From Octopus vulgaris (taxonomy: Eukaryota), in NCBI GenBank assembly GCA_951406725.2, contig OX597829.1:18476001-18540000 (forward strand): a DNA stretch of 64,000 bases, written 5' to 3'. This document shows positions 38,264 through 52,365 of the stretch, in pieces. A program made the position numbers and the translations under genes. Within the stretch, counting starts at the first letter, position 1. Each line of letters starts with the position of its first letter. The notes under the pieces were generated by a model that saw only the letters and a program-made list of their open reading frames with translations, searched no databases and was not told where the DNA came from.

Positions 38264-38894
38264 AGCATGCATAGATATATATGCATATACATAAAGGCAT
38301 ATGTGTGTGAGCATGTGTATTCACTATAGATATACACACACAAACACACAGAGATGCTGATGCACATGCATGCACACAGACATGCATGTACACACATATA
38401 CATGGACATACACTCACACACACACACACACACATACACACATGTATATGCAGCAGAAAGTGAATAGTAGTTGTGAAAAGAGGGAGTACCACGAAGAAAG
38501 CATGAAGAAGAGAAAGAGAGAGAGAGAGAAAGGTGAGAGGTTAAAGTGCAAGAAATGTTAAGTGTGGCAACACTCAGAAGTGTGAAGGAATGAATGAGAG
38601 ATATGTAAGAGGGAAGGAGGGAGGTAGAGAGTGAGAGTGAGTGAATGAGTAGGAATGAATGAGAGAGAGTGAATTACAGAGATAGGCTGGTCATGTGAGA
38701 GATTAGTACAATAAAGGGAGAGTGTGAAAGTGAGAAGGATAAGGAAGAATTGGTGAGAAATGAGAGAAAGGTTAGAGAAAGAGGGGACATTAAAGAGAGA
38801 GAGAGAGAGAGAGATGAAGCAGAGAGACAGACAGAGACGGAAGAGGAGAGAAAAACAATATGGTAGAGGAAGAAAGAAACTATGACGAGGAGGA

Positions 38895-39250
38895 TCATCA
38901 TCATCATCATCATCATCATCGTTTAACGTCCGTTTTCCATGCTAGCACGGGTTGGATGGTTCGACCGGGGTCTGGGAAGCCAGTAGCTGCACCAGGCTCC
39001 AGTCTGACCTGGCAGTGTTTCTACAGCTGGATGCCCTTCCTAACGCCAACCACTCCACGAGTGTAGTGGGTGTTTTTTATGTGCCACCGGCACAGGTGCC
39101 AGGGGAGTCTGGCAGTGGCCACGATCAGTTGGTGCTTTTAACGTGCCACTGGCACGGAAGCCAGTCAAGGTGGCGCTGGCATCGGCCACGTTCGGATGGT
39201 GCTTTTTACGTGCCGCCGGCACAGAAGCCAGTCGGCCACGTTCGGTGGGT
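38895..39250 (-). mobile_element. Family C
   Basis: (CAT)n tail plus core and internal repeats. Confidence 0.85.
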
Positions 39251-39319
39251 GAGAAGACGTATGAATTAGAGAGACTGGATACACACACACGCACACACAC
39301 ACACATATCTCTTTTACTC

Positions 39320-39710
39320 TCTTTTTACTCTTTTACTTGTTTCAGTCATTTGACTGTGGCCATGCTGGAGCACTGCCTTTAGTCGAGCAAATCGACCCCC
39401 AGGTCTTATTCTTTGTAAGCCTAGTACTTATTCTATCGGGTCTCTTTTGCCGAACTGCTGAGTTATGGGGACATAAACACAACAGCATCGGTTGTCAAGT
39501 GATGTCGGGGGGACAAACACAGACACACAGACATATACATATATATGATGGGCTTCTTTAAGTTTCCATCTACCAAATCTACTTACAAGGCTTTGGTTAG
39601 CCTGGGGCTATATTAGAAGACACTTGCCCAAGGTGCCATGCAGTGGGACTGAACCCGGAACCATGTGGTTTGAAATCAAGCTACTTACCACACAGCCACT
39701 CCTACGCCTA
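39320..39710 (-). mobile_element. SINE family A
   Basis: Reverse complement of consensus. Confidence 0.9.
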
Positions 39711-39724
39711 TATATATATATATA

Positions 39725-39978
39725 TTAAACTTGTTCGCATAAACTGTCCCGTTCGTTTTATTTTTATTTTCTCATATATTCTCCTTCTTTCTGTGTTTTT
39801 TCTCTGTGTATCTTTCTGTTGAAGAGCGTAGGCTCGAAACGTTAAAGACTTGTTTTATTTATATTTCCTGAGAGCAATACTAATACAATTGTTTGTTTGT
39901 ATTCCACCTGCCTTCATCTTTTGTTTATTTCCGTAAACCTGCCTTCGTCTTTTGTCTATTTTCATAAAGCTTCCCGTT
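39725..39978 (+). mobile_element. Penelope-like short repeat with minimal hammerhead-like motif (39811-39848)
   Basis: tcttt CTGTTGA a gagc gtag gctc GAAA cg tt aaaga; in (TA)n; ends ttttcataaagcttcccgttatata like 9988-10192. Confidence 0.6.
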
Positions 39979-40098
39979 ATATATATATATATACATACAT
40001 GCAGAGAGAAAGAGAGAGAGTAGAAACAAAAGATAAAAGGTAACCAGAGAGAGCAAAAATGTTCATCCCAAATTTTCTTGAAGAAAATGAGACGAAGT

Positions 40099-40165
<67 letters not shown>

Positions 40166-40424
40166 CATGAGAAGGGTAGAATTTAGTTTGGTTAGTTTTT
40201 TTTAAAAAAAAAACATATCCACCAAATCATTTTTACTTATATTTTGTTTTTGATAATAACGTTTGTCCCTTTTCATAAATTCCTCACAATATTATTTCAA
40301 GGGAACGGTCGTTATGTGGTTAGTCACTAGACCTAATGCAAAAAACCGGCCAGATTTCTTCAAATTGTACCCTAAAAGAGAAAGGGGTGCATGGAACAAC
40401 ATAGTCCTCTAAGCTAGTTAGTGA

Positions 40425-40456
<32 letters not shown>

Positions 40457-40927
40457 CTAAAATTAAATAAATAAATGAGGATGGTCGTGGTAGGAATGTT
40501 TTTTATGATAAACCTGTCTGCTTGATGGAGATTGACCCCCCCCCCCCCCGCCGAAGCTAAATGACAACTTCCACTTACACACACCTATAAATGCATAAAC
40601 ACATTTTACTTGTGTGTGTATATGTGTATGTGTGTGTGTGTGTGTGTGTGCGCCCACATAGTTTCTAATCCTTTCTTTAATACCTTTACACACCAAAGTA
40701 GATATGATGACAGCCTCAATAACAGTAATGGTAGGGACAATACTAGTGGTGATGATGGTGACGGTGACAGTGGTGATGGTGGCAGGAGTGATGATGATGA
40801 TGGCGGCAGCAGCAGTGGTGGTGGTGGTGGTGGTGGTGGTGGTAGTGGTACAGTGTCTGGTGTAGCAACTTGCACTTCCTCGAAAGCCCACCCAACTCTC
40901 TCCTGTGATAAATGCCCCCACCACCTA

Positions 40928-41003
40928 CCCCAGCCACGCTCCACCCCCAGCCACGCTCCACCCCCAGCCACGCTCCACACCCAGCCACGCTCCACACCCA
41001 GCC
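40928..41003. repeat. 17-18-bp C-rich minisatellite (cccagccacgctccac) about 4 copies
   Basis: Read directly. Confidence 0.9.
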
Positions 41004-41414
41004 TGGCCCTTCTCCACCACACTTGGCATGAGCAGCCACCCCAGGCAGCTGTCAGTGCCCCCCCCCCCCCCCCATCAAGATGAAAAAGCTCAATCACAGA
41101 CTTACAGATCTACTACTCGAATACAAGTCATCACTGTCACCCCCGTGCGCCACCAACAACGATGACGAAGCATCTACTAGTAGTTTCTATAAGGAACCAT
41201 TCGATAGCTTGGAATTTCCTCATGCCAAAAATGCTTCACGATAAACAGAAATAAAAACAAACAAAAAATAAAAATGAAAATAATAATAATAATAATAATA
41301 ATAAGGGTCAGAGCTATGAAATTTTCAGTATGATTTCTACATGCCTCTCTCAGTACAAAACAAACTGGCAACTGTCATACATGGAGAAAGGGAACATGAT
41401 CGGATATAACAATG

Positions 41415-41905
41415 GGTGACCCCCTTTGGTCATGGCTGACCATGGGATTGCACCTAGAAAGTTACCTTCCCAGGCACAAGTTCAGGCAAGGTTGTTTATG
41501 GAAGACCAGCAGTCAGCCATGCATACCAGCCTCTCCTCTCCATGTCAATGTATGTATATAGGGAAAGGGTAAAGACCCCCTTTGGTCATTAATGATCATT
41601 GAATTGCAACTAGAGAGTTCCCCTCTGAGGCAAAGTCTGGGCAAGGTTGTTTATGGAAGACCAGCAGTCAGCCATGCATACCAGCCTCTCCTCTCCATGC
41701 CACCGATGTTATCCAAGGGAAAGGCAAAGGGGCCGATACAGCTTGGCACCTGTGACGTCGCAACTCATTTCTACAGCTGAGTGAACTGGAGCAACGTGAA
41801 ATGAAGTGTCTTGCTCAGGAACACAACATGCAGCCTGGCCCAGGAATCAAACTCACAACTTAACAATCATAAGTTCCTTCCTCTAACCACTGAGCTATGC
41901 GCTTT
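41415..41905 (-). mobile_element. SINE family D with tandemly duplicated 3' portion
   Basis: 41572-41905 matches reverse complement of 10836-11168; 41415-41545 repeats its tail. Confidence 0.8.
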
Positions 41906-42129
41906 CCCCAGATATAACAATATTCAGTTTATATATAACTTGTGTCTTTTACCTTTTGCTCATTTCAATCATTAGACTGCAATCATGTGGGGGGGGGGTT
42001 ACCACCTTGAGGAATTTTTAGCCACATAAACTGGCCCCAGATTTTAATGTAATTTTTTTCTTCTAAACCCTCATATTTATTTAATCAGTCTCTTTTGCTG
42101 AACTGGTAAGTTACAGGAATGTATACATA

Positions 42130-42495
42130 GGTGCAGGCATGGCTGTGCAGTAAGAAGCTTGCTTTCCAACCACATACTACCAGGCTCAGTCCCACTGCAA
42201 GTGTCTTCTGCTACACCCTTGGATCGATCACAGCTTCTGAGTGGATTTGCTAGACGGAAACTAAAAGAAGCCCATCATGTATGTGTGTGTGTGTGTGTGT
42301 ATCTGTTTGTTCTCCCACCATTGCTTGACAACCGATGGTGGTGTGTTTATGTTCCGTAACTTAGCAGTTCGGTAAAAAGACCAATAGAATAAGTACTATG
42401 CTTACAAAAAATAAGTCCTGGGGTCGATTCATTTGACCAGAGGTGGTGCTTCAGCATGGCTGCAGTCAAATGACTGAAACAAGTAAATGAATAAA
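42130..42495 (+). mobile_element. SINE family A, diverged
   Basis: Matches consensus with small deletions. Confidence 0.85.
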
Positions 42496-42544
42496 AGAAA
42501 AAGGAAAGAAAACCAACAGCAATTGTCAAGCGGCGGTAAAAGAC

Positions 42545-42841
42545 AAACAAAAAGTCACACATCGCAAAAATGACATTGGCAAAACTACAGGAGTTGGAGT
42601 TGGAAGTTCTCCATCGTCTACCAAACTCAACTGATCTTACCCTCACTGACTACCACTTCTTCCAGAATTTGGATAACTTTTTGATAGGAAAGGAATTTAA
42701 TTCCAGCGATGCTGAAAAACAGGACTTCCAAGATTTTATTGACAACATGGGTGCATACTTTGATGAATAAAACTATTACTTGTATTTATTAAACATTAGC
42801 AAACTTTTTTCTTTTCTACAAATTTCATAATTGATGACCTA

Positions 42842-42842
<1 letters not shown>
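42545..42842 (+). mobile_element. Mariner transposase C-terminal relic plus right end
   Basis: TLAKLQELELEVLHRLPNSTDLTLTDYHFFQNLDNFLIGKEF...GAYFDE* resembles mariner LxHPPYSPDLxPTDYHFF...GxYFD; ends gacctaaTA. Confidence 0.85.
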
Positions 42843-42891
<49 letters not shown>

Positions 42892-42899
42892 TATAATAT

Positions 42900-43187
42900 A
42901 AAATAAATATAAGAGAGTGGTCACTATATGGCTCACTCTAGCACCAGTTAATCCAAAAGGTTTCAACCACAAAAATACATGTTTCCCATGAAAGTCAGTA
43001 CGATTGTTAGCTCACACGGACAGGGCAAATAAAAAATATTTTTTATTTTTTATTTTTATTTGCCCTGTCCGTGTGAGCTAACAATCGTACTGTTTTCATG
43101 GGAAACATGTATTTTTGTGGTTGAAACCTTTTGGATTAACTGGTGCTAGAGTGAGCCATATAGTGACCACTCTCTTATATTTATTTT
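42900..43187. repeat. Near-perfect inverted repeat, arms about 135 bp, short AT spacer
   Basis: aaaataaatataagagagtggtcac...ggacagggcaaataaaaa / tttttatttgccctgtcc...gtgaccactctcttatatttatttt. Confidence 0.95.
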
Positions 43188-43308
43188 GTAAAAATATTAT
43201 AATATATTATAAAATATTATAATAATCCAGGTTTCTCGGAGCACTAGGCCACTTGGTGTAGAATAGATATACTATTAAATTAGTATCTAATTCTCTCACC
43301 CTTATTAA

Positions 43309-43383
<75 letters not shown>

Positions 43384-43625
43384 GGAGTAAACATAAATGT
43401 GAAACAAGGTGGAAAAAAAAGAGTACTCAAATACCAGTGGTAGAGTAATATGCTTTATTTAAAGCAGCAGAAAATTCTACAAAACCTGTTTGATTACATT
43501 GATCTCAGTCTATCACTGGTACTTAATTTATTGAGTGTCAATTCAGTCAGCTTGCCACCCAATAATAATAATAATAATGGTTTCAAGTAACAGGTTTTGT
43601 AGAATTTTCTGCTGTTTTAAATAAA

Positions 43626-43671
<46 letters not shown>

Positions 43672-44269
43672 ATGTATATGTATCCATATATTTGTGTTTG
43701 TCTCCATCAACAATTGACCACTGGTATTGGTTTGTTAATATTCCCATATCTTAGCAATTTGGCAGGAGTAACCAATAGAATAAAAACTAGGCTTAGACAA
43801 AAAAAAAGAAGGAAAAAGAAATTGAGGGTCAATTCATTTGACCCAAACTTTTCAGTTGTGCCCTAGCATGGCCACAGTCCAATGACCAAAACAAGTAAAA
43901 TATATATAATGTATGTGTGTGTGTGTGTGTGTGTGTATATTCCCTTGTTTTAAGGTCACATGATGATTGTTCTAATCACTGTCATACTGGACAATGATGA
44001 CGGTCATTTCATTTCCTTGTCTTTCGTGAAAGCTAAGGGTGACCATGATGGGGAAACAATAACCTTGTTTGGAAACAGGTGACGGTTGGCAGTGCGAATA
44101 GCACCCACTGTTGAAAATATGCCCCTGACCCATGCAAGCATAGAAAACTGAACGTTATGATGATGATGAGTGAATGTACATGTATATGTAAATATATATA
44201 AATACACACACATATACATATATATGTAAACACTCACACACACACACACACATATATACCACACACAAT

Positions 44270-44339
<70 letters not shown>

Positions 44340-45729
44340 CAATATCAAGCTAGATAGATAGATAGAGACAGACAGAGAATGTATGTATACCATTATCTAA
44401 TTTAAACAGCTTTTAATAGATTGCACAATTCCGCAGACAGTTTGCAAGACTTCCTGCGACTACTGTTGCCTTGGCAGAACCATAATATGGAACAAGCGAG
44501 TAGCCGGTTAAAGATTTAATAGCAGAACTCTGAATCTGCATGCAGGAGCTGCACCAATCTGACCTGATCCAGGTGTACAGTTGGTAACTGCGCAGTGACA
44601 TATTAAGTAGTAGTAGTAGTAGTAATAGTAGTAGTAGTAGTAGTAGCAGCAGCAGTAGTAGTAGTAGTAGTTGTTTGGCTCCACAAAAACTCAACCCACA
44701 TCAAGTTGACTAGACTTGTGATCAGGCCAACGATCAGCCATGATCAACCTGTCTGTTTTAGGTACCCAGGGCTTCATTATCTAATGCGTCCTGTAAGAGG
44801 CTGCAATGGATGATTTTTAGAAGAGAGAAATTGGTTGATATTTCTAGCATGTTGAACAACCATGTATATGCTCTTTCTTTCGGTGGTCATGTTGGTGTTG
44901 ATGGTAACGGTGGCAGCAGTGGTAATGGTGGTGGTGGTGGTGGTAGTAGTTGTGATGGTTGTGGTGTTGCTGTTGGGGTGTTGATAGTGGTTGTGGTGTT
45001 GGTGGTGGTTGTGCTTGTTGTAGTTGTGCTAGTTGTAGTTGTGCTAGTTGTAGTTGTGGTGATGGTGGTTATGGTGGTCATAGCAGAGGCAGTGGGGCGA
45101 ACATAATTTATATAGTTCTCCATGTCATCTCTCTCTCTCTCTCTGCTTTAGCGGAATTGTGGCAGAGAGAGTGACCAGTGGAATGCTAAACACGTAATCT
45201 ATAGATTTCACTTTAGTCAGGTCACTCTGTGACAATGCGACACACATTGTTTGCAGTATGGCAGCAGCTTGAATGCGCTGTTGTGTACGGTCTTCATGTC
45301 GAAGAGTGTCAGTCAGTAGTCACATGATATAGAAGGGTGTGGCATAAAATTAGTACATCTAGCCATAGCCACCTAATTTCATCGTTAGAGAAAAAATTCT
45401 TTCTTTCATTTTTTCTTTTGCCTGATATTTCTGATAATATCTATGTATGTGTATGTATATATATATATATATATGAAAGGAATAGTGAACGATTGTTTGG
45501 ATTACATTTGGACAGAAGCAAAATTACTGGTTGAAGTGATATAAACATATCCTTAAAATCCTTAAAAATGTTTTAGCCCGAAGGCCACGGTCATGCTGGG
45601 GCACCACACACACACACATAAATGCACACATATTTATACAAGTATATATGAATGAAGTTTATTTATATGTATGTGTGTGTGTGTATCTATATATATCTGT
45701 TTATATCACTTCAACTAGTAATTTGAAGA

Positions 45730-45763
<34 letters not shown>

Positions 45764-46107
45764 TCTTTTACTTGTTTCAGTCCTTGACTGTGGCCATGCT
45801 GGAGCACCACGTTTAGTCGACCAAATCGAGCCCAGGACTTATTCTTTGTAAGCCTAGTACTTATTCTATCGGTCTCTTTTGCCAGACCACTAAGTTACAG
45901 GGACATAAACACACCAGCATCGGTTGTCAAGCGATGTAGGGACACAAATACAGACACACAAACATATATTAAAATTATGAAAATGGAGACATAACATTAA
46001 TATAGTTTAACTGCAAAAATTTACTATTCATAAAAAAATAATAATGGGCAATTAACCAATAATTCATTGGATATTTTTATCCCTTAAGGAGGCTATTTTA
46101 GCCTCTA

Positions 46108-46197
<90 letters not shown>

Positions 46198-46246
46198 GTA
46201 TATATATATATGTATACATATCTGTTTGTGTGTTTGTATGTATGTG

Positions 46247-46279
<33 letters not shown>

Positions 46280-46475
46280 ATACATATCTGTTTGTGTGTG
46301 TGTATATAAATATATATATATATATAGTTGATATAAGAATTTATTAACTTTTGAGAAAAAGTAAAATAATTTTCTGTTTGGAACACTTGATCTCTAAGCA
46401 CATCATATAATGCTATAAAAATAACAGCAAGTAAATATTCAGTAAAAAAAAACCTTTTGTAGGGAAAAAGCCAAA

Positions 46476-46547
46476 GACTATCCATGGGGCTTGAACCCAC
46501 ATCTCCTGTAAACGTGACAGGCATGGGTTCAACTACAATGGGCAGCC
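46476..46547 (-). pseudogene. tRNA-Thr-like degenerate sequence / hairpin
   Basis: cctgtcacgtttacaggagatgtgggttcaagcccca resembles the 3' half of metazoan tRNA-Thr (CCTGTCTAGTAAACAGGAGATCCTGGGTTCGAATCCCA); D-arm not canonical; T-runs follow. Confidence 0.35.
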
Positions 46548-47107
46548 TTCAAATTTTTCTAATCAAAAGGGGTTTTTCAACCTAATATGTACACACTATG
46601 ATTCATGGCTTTATTTGCTTCAAGATCCACTGTTCCAAAACAATTATTTCATATTCCCTTGAAGTTTATAAATTCTGATGATGACACCTACCATATATAT
46701 TAAAGTTTCGGATGCCAAGGTGGAAAACCACGCTGCCAGATTTTTCTTTCTGATGGCCGGATAACTGAAGAGATAGCAGGATGGATATCCACCTCGGCAT
46801 CCGAAACTCGGAGTTTTATCATGGCTACCGAATAATTGTCACATATTACATTTACAGATAAATTCCTCTATTTAAATAATATCGAGGTCTCTTTCTTTCT
46901 TATGTTGTCTTACCGTTTTTATCAATATATATATATATATATAATATACATACACACATACATATATAAAATGATGAAGATATATATTCACACACATAAA
47001 ATATATATATATATAATTATAAGGAAGGGTATACATATATGTGTGTATATACATATATAATGACATGTAAATGTAAGATCCAAAGATCTAAGTGTAGAAA
47101 GTTAGTA

Positions 47108-47154
<47 letters not shown>

Positions 47155-47182
47155 TACACAAAGTGATGAGGATATATATATC

Positions 47183-47215
<33 letters not shown>

Positions 47216-47681
47216 ATATATATCACAATTACTGTTTTATATTCACTTTTCTATTTTAGTTTAGGTTGGTCAGTTCATCAAAGAACCAGTCAATCTTATT
47301 CAAAGATACTGCCCATCCAGATGGATTGAAGCTGAGTCACTTTTTTTGTTCCAATTCTATGACTAATAACATGAACCCCTTTACAAAGTTGACTGCACAT
47401 ATTTTATCATGGCATTAACGCTAGAGAGGCTGTCATGTCCTCAGCAAAACTCAAGTGTCCTCTCTGCCTAATGTTGTCTCCATTTATCTACTAACATTAT
47501 TAACAGTCTGCTAACTGGAGCTTTTCCTGATGGCACCCTCTTTGAAAAGATTGTCATGGGGATGATTAAAAAGGACCAGATTGAGAGGGTGATGGAAGAT
47601 AGAATAAAAGAAAAGGTTGACTGGTAGATAGCTACATAATAATTGTTGGTAAAGGGGTTGCACACAAAAAGCATGAACATC

Positions 47682-47739
<58 letters not shown>

Positions 47740-47754
47740 CACACGATGACCGAT

Positions 47755-47935
47755 GACCGCTAACTCCAAAAGATTTTTTATTCTCGCTCTGTTTATTTCC
47801 TCATGGTCCTTTCGGTTGAAGAGCGTACGCTCGAAACATAAAAGACTTCCTCACCTTCCCAAGCATCAAACTAATACACCTGCTTGTTGTTTATACACCT
47901 GTCTTCATCTTTCGTTTTTCTGTAAATTTCAACTA
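47755..47935 (+). mobile_element. Penelope-like short repeat with hammerhead-like motif (47808-47845)
   Basis: cttt CGGTTGA a gagc gtac gctc GAAA ca ta aaag. Confidence 0.55.
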
Positions 47936-47948
47936 TGCACACACACAC

Positions 47949-47981
<33 letters not shown>

Positions 47982-47998
47982 CGCACACACATATATAT

Positions 47999-48258
47999 CA
48001 AGGAGACTTTTCTTTTAAATTACTTTTTTAAAAAAAGTTATAAAATCCTTTATCAGGACGTTACTAACCTTTTTTGGAAGAAGCTTTTCTCCTAGTGTGC
48101 GAGCACTTTCAATCAACCTCTTCAAACATAAATGCTAATCGAAAGTGCTCACACACTAAGATAAATAAAATTCTTCCCAAAAATGGTTAGTAACATCCTG
48201 ATAAAAGATATCATAACTTTTTTTTAAAAAATAATTAAGAAAAAAAAAATCTCCCTTA
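47999..48258. mobile_element. Fold-back MITE with long imperfect TIRs (about 110 bp)
   Basis: caaggagacttt...tttatcaggacgttactaacc...tagtgtgcgagcactttc / gaaagtgctcacacacta...ggttagtaacatcctgataaa...atctccctta; arms diverged, so old. Confidence 0.7.
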
Positions 48259-48301
48259 TACTTAAAAACTGTACTAAGTAATTTTCACAAAGACTTTCAA
48301 A

Positions 48302-48366
<65 letters not shown>

Positions 48367-48898
48367 TATCATCATCATCGTTTAACATCCGTTTTCCGCG
48401 CTAGCACGGGTTGGATGGTTCGACTGGGGTCTGGGAAGCCAGCGGCTGCACCAGGCTCCAGTCTGATCTGGCAGAGTTTCTACAGCTGGATGCCCTCCCT
48501 AACACCAACCACTCCGCGAGTGTAGTGGGTAAACAGAGCCTGAAAGATTGCCTTAAGATACCTGGCATATTTTATAAATATGCCTGTTCATGTATCATAA
48601 TAGCATGAAAGTATTAGTAGCTCTTTTAGTTGTATATTTAATTTTATATATCATTAACATCCGTTGTCGCTGCGCCAGACTCCAGTCTGATTTGACAAGG
48701 TTTTCTATGGCTGGATGCCCTTCGTAATGCGAACCACTCCGAGAGTGTAATGAGTGGTTTTATGTGCCACCAGCACGGGTGCCATTTGCTTGACAAAGGG
48801 GTGCGTTTACATACCACTGGCATGGGTGCCAATATATGTATGTGTGTGTGTATGTGTGTATGTATGTATATGTGTGTATGCATGTATATGTGAATGTG

Positions 48899-48938
<40 letters not shown>

Positions 48939-49412
48939 TTCACATATAATACAGACATACACACATAAACACACATACATACATACATACATACAACACA
49001 TACACACACATATACATGCATATATTTTTCTCATTAACATTATTCAACATCCACTTTTCTACACTTGCTCGAATGAGTCATACAGAATGACATTGGGGGA
49101 GAATTTTCTACAGCCAAATGTCCTTACTGCAAACAAACTTTCGAAAATCTTTAAAAAAAAAAAAGAAAAAAAAAAAGAAAAAAGAAAAGGAAATATCCCC
49201 CACCCTCTGTCATTCATGCATTAAAAGCACGACGACAGGATATATTTCATGACAGATTGTAAACATATGACATGGTTTGTATGACAATTATATTCGTTGG
49301 CGACCATTACGAGGCTGCGACAAGCGGATGCAAACAGACTACATGTATCCAAACACATACACACACACATGCAGCACATCACACATATAAATGTACACAC
49401 ACAGACACATAA

Positions 49413-49444
<32 letters not shown>

Positions 49445-49454
49445 TCTTTCTTTT

Positions 49455-49801
49455 TATTCTTTTACTTGTTTCAGTCATTTGACTGCGGCCATGCTGGAGC
49501 ACCGCCTTTAGTCGAGCAACTCGACCCCGGGACTTATTCTTTGTAAGCCCAGTACTTATTCTATCGGTTTCTTTTGCCGAACCGCTAAGTAACGGGAACA
49601 TAAACACACCAGCATCGGTTGTCAATATATATATATATATGACGGGCTTCTTTTCAGTTTCCGTCTACCAAATCCACTCACAAGGCATTGGTCGGCCCGA
49701 GGTTATAGTAGAAGACACTTGCCCAAGGTGCCGCGCAGTGGGACTGAACCCGGAACCATGTGGTTGGTAAACAAGCTACTTACCACACAGCCACTCCTGC
49801 G

Positions 49802-49803
<2 letters not shown>
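49455..49803 (-). mobile_element. SINE family A, young copy
   Basis: Retains many CpGs; close to consensus. Confidence 0.9.
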
Positions 49804-49834
<31 letters not shown>

Positions 49835-49841
49835 ATGTATG

Positions 49842-49881
<40 letters not shown>

Positions 49882-50015
49882 CACACGTGTGTGTGTGTAT
49901 GTGTATATATAAATATATATGGTGGTTATGATGGTGATGTTATAGCTGGTAGTTGCTGCTATTTCGTCAAGCATTGTTCTTACTGGTACATGTGGCAATG
50001 GCAGTAGTGGTAGTG

Positions 50016-50048
<33 letters not shown>

Positions 50049-50307
50049 ATGCTAGTTGTAATTGTTCTAAATATAGTTGGTGTTAGGAAGGGCATCCAGT
50101 TGTAAAGATCCCTGCCAAAACAGACACAGTAGCCAAGGTTAGTTTTTCTACCTGGCCAGCTCCTGTCAACTGTCCTACCCATGCATGTATGGAATATGAA
50201 TGTTAAACAATGATGATGATATATATATGTATATAGTGGTCTTCTTTCAGTTCCTTCTACCATGATTGAAGCTGTGTGTGTGTGTATGCATATATATAGA
50301 TCTGTAT

Positions 50308-50340
<33 letters not shown>

Positions 50341-50434
50341 CACATAATTTATCATTATTATTATTTTTATTATTCACATACACTTCATAAATATATATAT
50401 ATAATTTATCATTATCATCATCATTTTGACTCAC

Positions 50435-50476
<42 letters not shown>

Positions 50477-51771
50477 TATACATACATACACAAATATATA
50501 TACATATATACACATAAATATATAGATATACACATAAATATATATACACATAAATATATAGACATACACATAAATATATATACATATATACATTATATAC
50601 ATACGCATACATACACACGCACATATAAATATATACTCATTCATATACACACAGACATATACATATATATTGCATGTATTAAAATTTTAACATCTTTTCT
50701 CCATTTTTAACAAATTTGTTGAGTTCTATGGAATACCTTCCCATAAATTCACATAATACACCATATACAAGTATTATTTTCATATTCGCAAACTTACGCT
50801 AGTAAGCTACCAGCAAAATATGAAGCATCTTTATTAGAAATCGCTTTTTCGGAACCCTCCAAATTAAAGGATGAAATATAATTCAACCTTTTCACATATA
50901 CATTACTATATACACATATATATATCCCCATACAGATATATAAAATATTATATGAACTTTCATATCATTCATCTAGAAGCATAAATCACATATATTTACA
51001 TATTAGAGGGAAACCACTATGTGGACACCCTTATGCTAGAAATAGATCCACTATGGTTTTACCACTAAGAAATGTGGTAAATTTAAATGTATGTATGTAT
51101 GTTTGTATGTATGTATATTCATGAGCACAAAGCATTTAATCAATATAGGCGTATGGAGGGACATGCACCCTTCTCTCCCTCCCTCCCTCTCTCTCCCATC
51201 ACCACCATACACACACACACACACACACAAATGCACGCACTCATATACATGCATGCATGCATACATACAAACATGGGGGTGGGTGGGGGAGGAACAAAGG
51301 AAGACAGGGAGTGGAAGGCATGAAATCTGTCTGGAAGGGTTATTCTGAGAATCATCGGCGGTTGATGAATCATCCATCACCAGAGCGAGTTCTTAGATGG
51401 AATCAGGACAATCAGAATAGGCTGAATATTGCAGTGACTCATTGGGTATGCTTGCTATTCTAAAGCAGGATGCGTAAATGGTTGACACTGTCTCTCGCTG
51501 AATATTATTGTGAAGCAGCTTGGTGGTGCAACAACATTAGCAGCAGCAGCAGTAAGAACTAGCACCATGGCCTCTACTACTACTACTACTACTACTACTA
51601 CAGCCAAATTTGAGCAAATGAGGGAGTTTGCCTCTTTCATTGACTCCAATATGGTCACTTTGCTTACTAGAAGATATAACAACTAGTATCTCCCTCAGAT
51701 TGCCTTAAAAAATAAAGTAAAATAAAATTTAGTCTTTAAAAAAAATAAAGTAAAATAAAATAAATAAATTT

Positions 51772-52239
51772 GGCTATGTGGTAAGAAGGTTGCTTCCAGG
51801 TTGCGTGGTTCTGGTTTCAGTCCTATTGCTAGACACCTTGGGCAAGTGTCTTCTACCACAGCCTTGGGCTGACCAAAGCCTCTGAGTGAATTTAGTAGAC
51901 AGAAACTGAAAGAAGCCTGTCGTATATGTGTATGTGTGTGTGTGTGTGTGTGTTTGTGCGCGTACGTGTGTGCATGCATTTGTTTTCTAATCTCATGGTT
52001 CTGGGTTCAGTCCCACTGCTTGGCACCTTGGGCAAGCATCTTCTACTATAGCTCCAGGCTAACCAAAGCCTTGTGAGTGGATTTTGGTAGACAAAAACTG
52101 AAAGAATCCTGTTGTGTGTGTGTGTGTATGTGTGTGTGTGAGTTTGTCTCTTCCACCACTGCTTGACAACTGGTGGTTGGTGTGTTCCCATCCCTGTAAC
52201 TAAACAGTTCAGCAAGAGTCTGATAGAATAATTACCAAA

Positions 52240-52270
<31 letters not shown>

Positions 52271-52365
52271 GAAGTCCTGGGGGTTGGGGGTCAATACGTC
52301 TGACTAAAATTCTTGGAAGCAGTGCCCCAGCATGGCCACAGTCTAATGACTGAAACAAGTAAAAG
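51772..52365 (+). mobile_element. SINE family A, 5' half followed by second near-complete copy
   Basis: 51772-51925 and about 51985-52365. Confidence 0.8.

Noticed and set aside
40463-41165. GC-rich ORFs (Gly/Pro/His rich, up to 163 aa)
   Set aside because: Built from (GGT)n/(GAT)n and a 17-bp minisatellite; no splice signals or recognisable domain
44410-44600. Unique GC-richer segment as a plus-strand exon
   Set aside because: All plus frames stop within about 35 codons; no support beyond composition, may be regulatory
47400-47600. LINE reverse-transcriptase fragment (NIINSLLTGAFPD)
   Set aside because: Too short and degenerate to call with confidence
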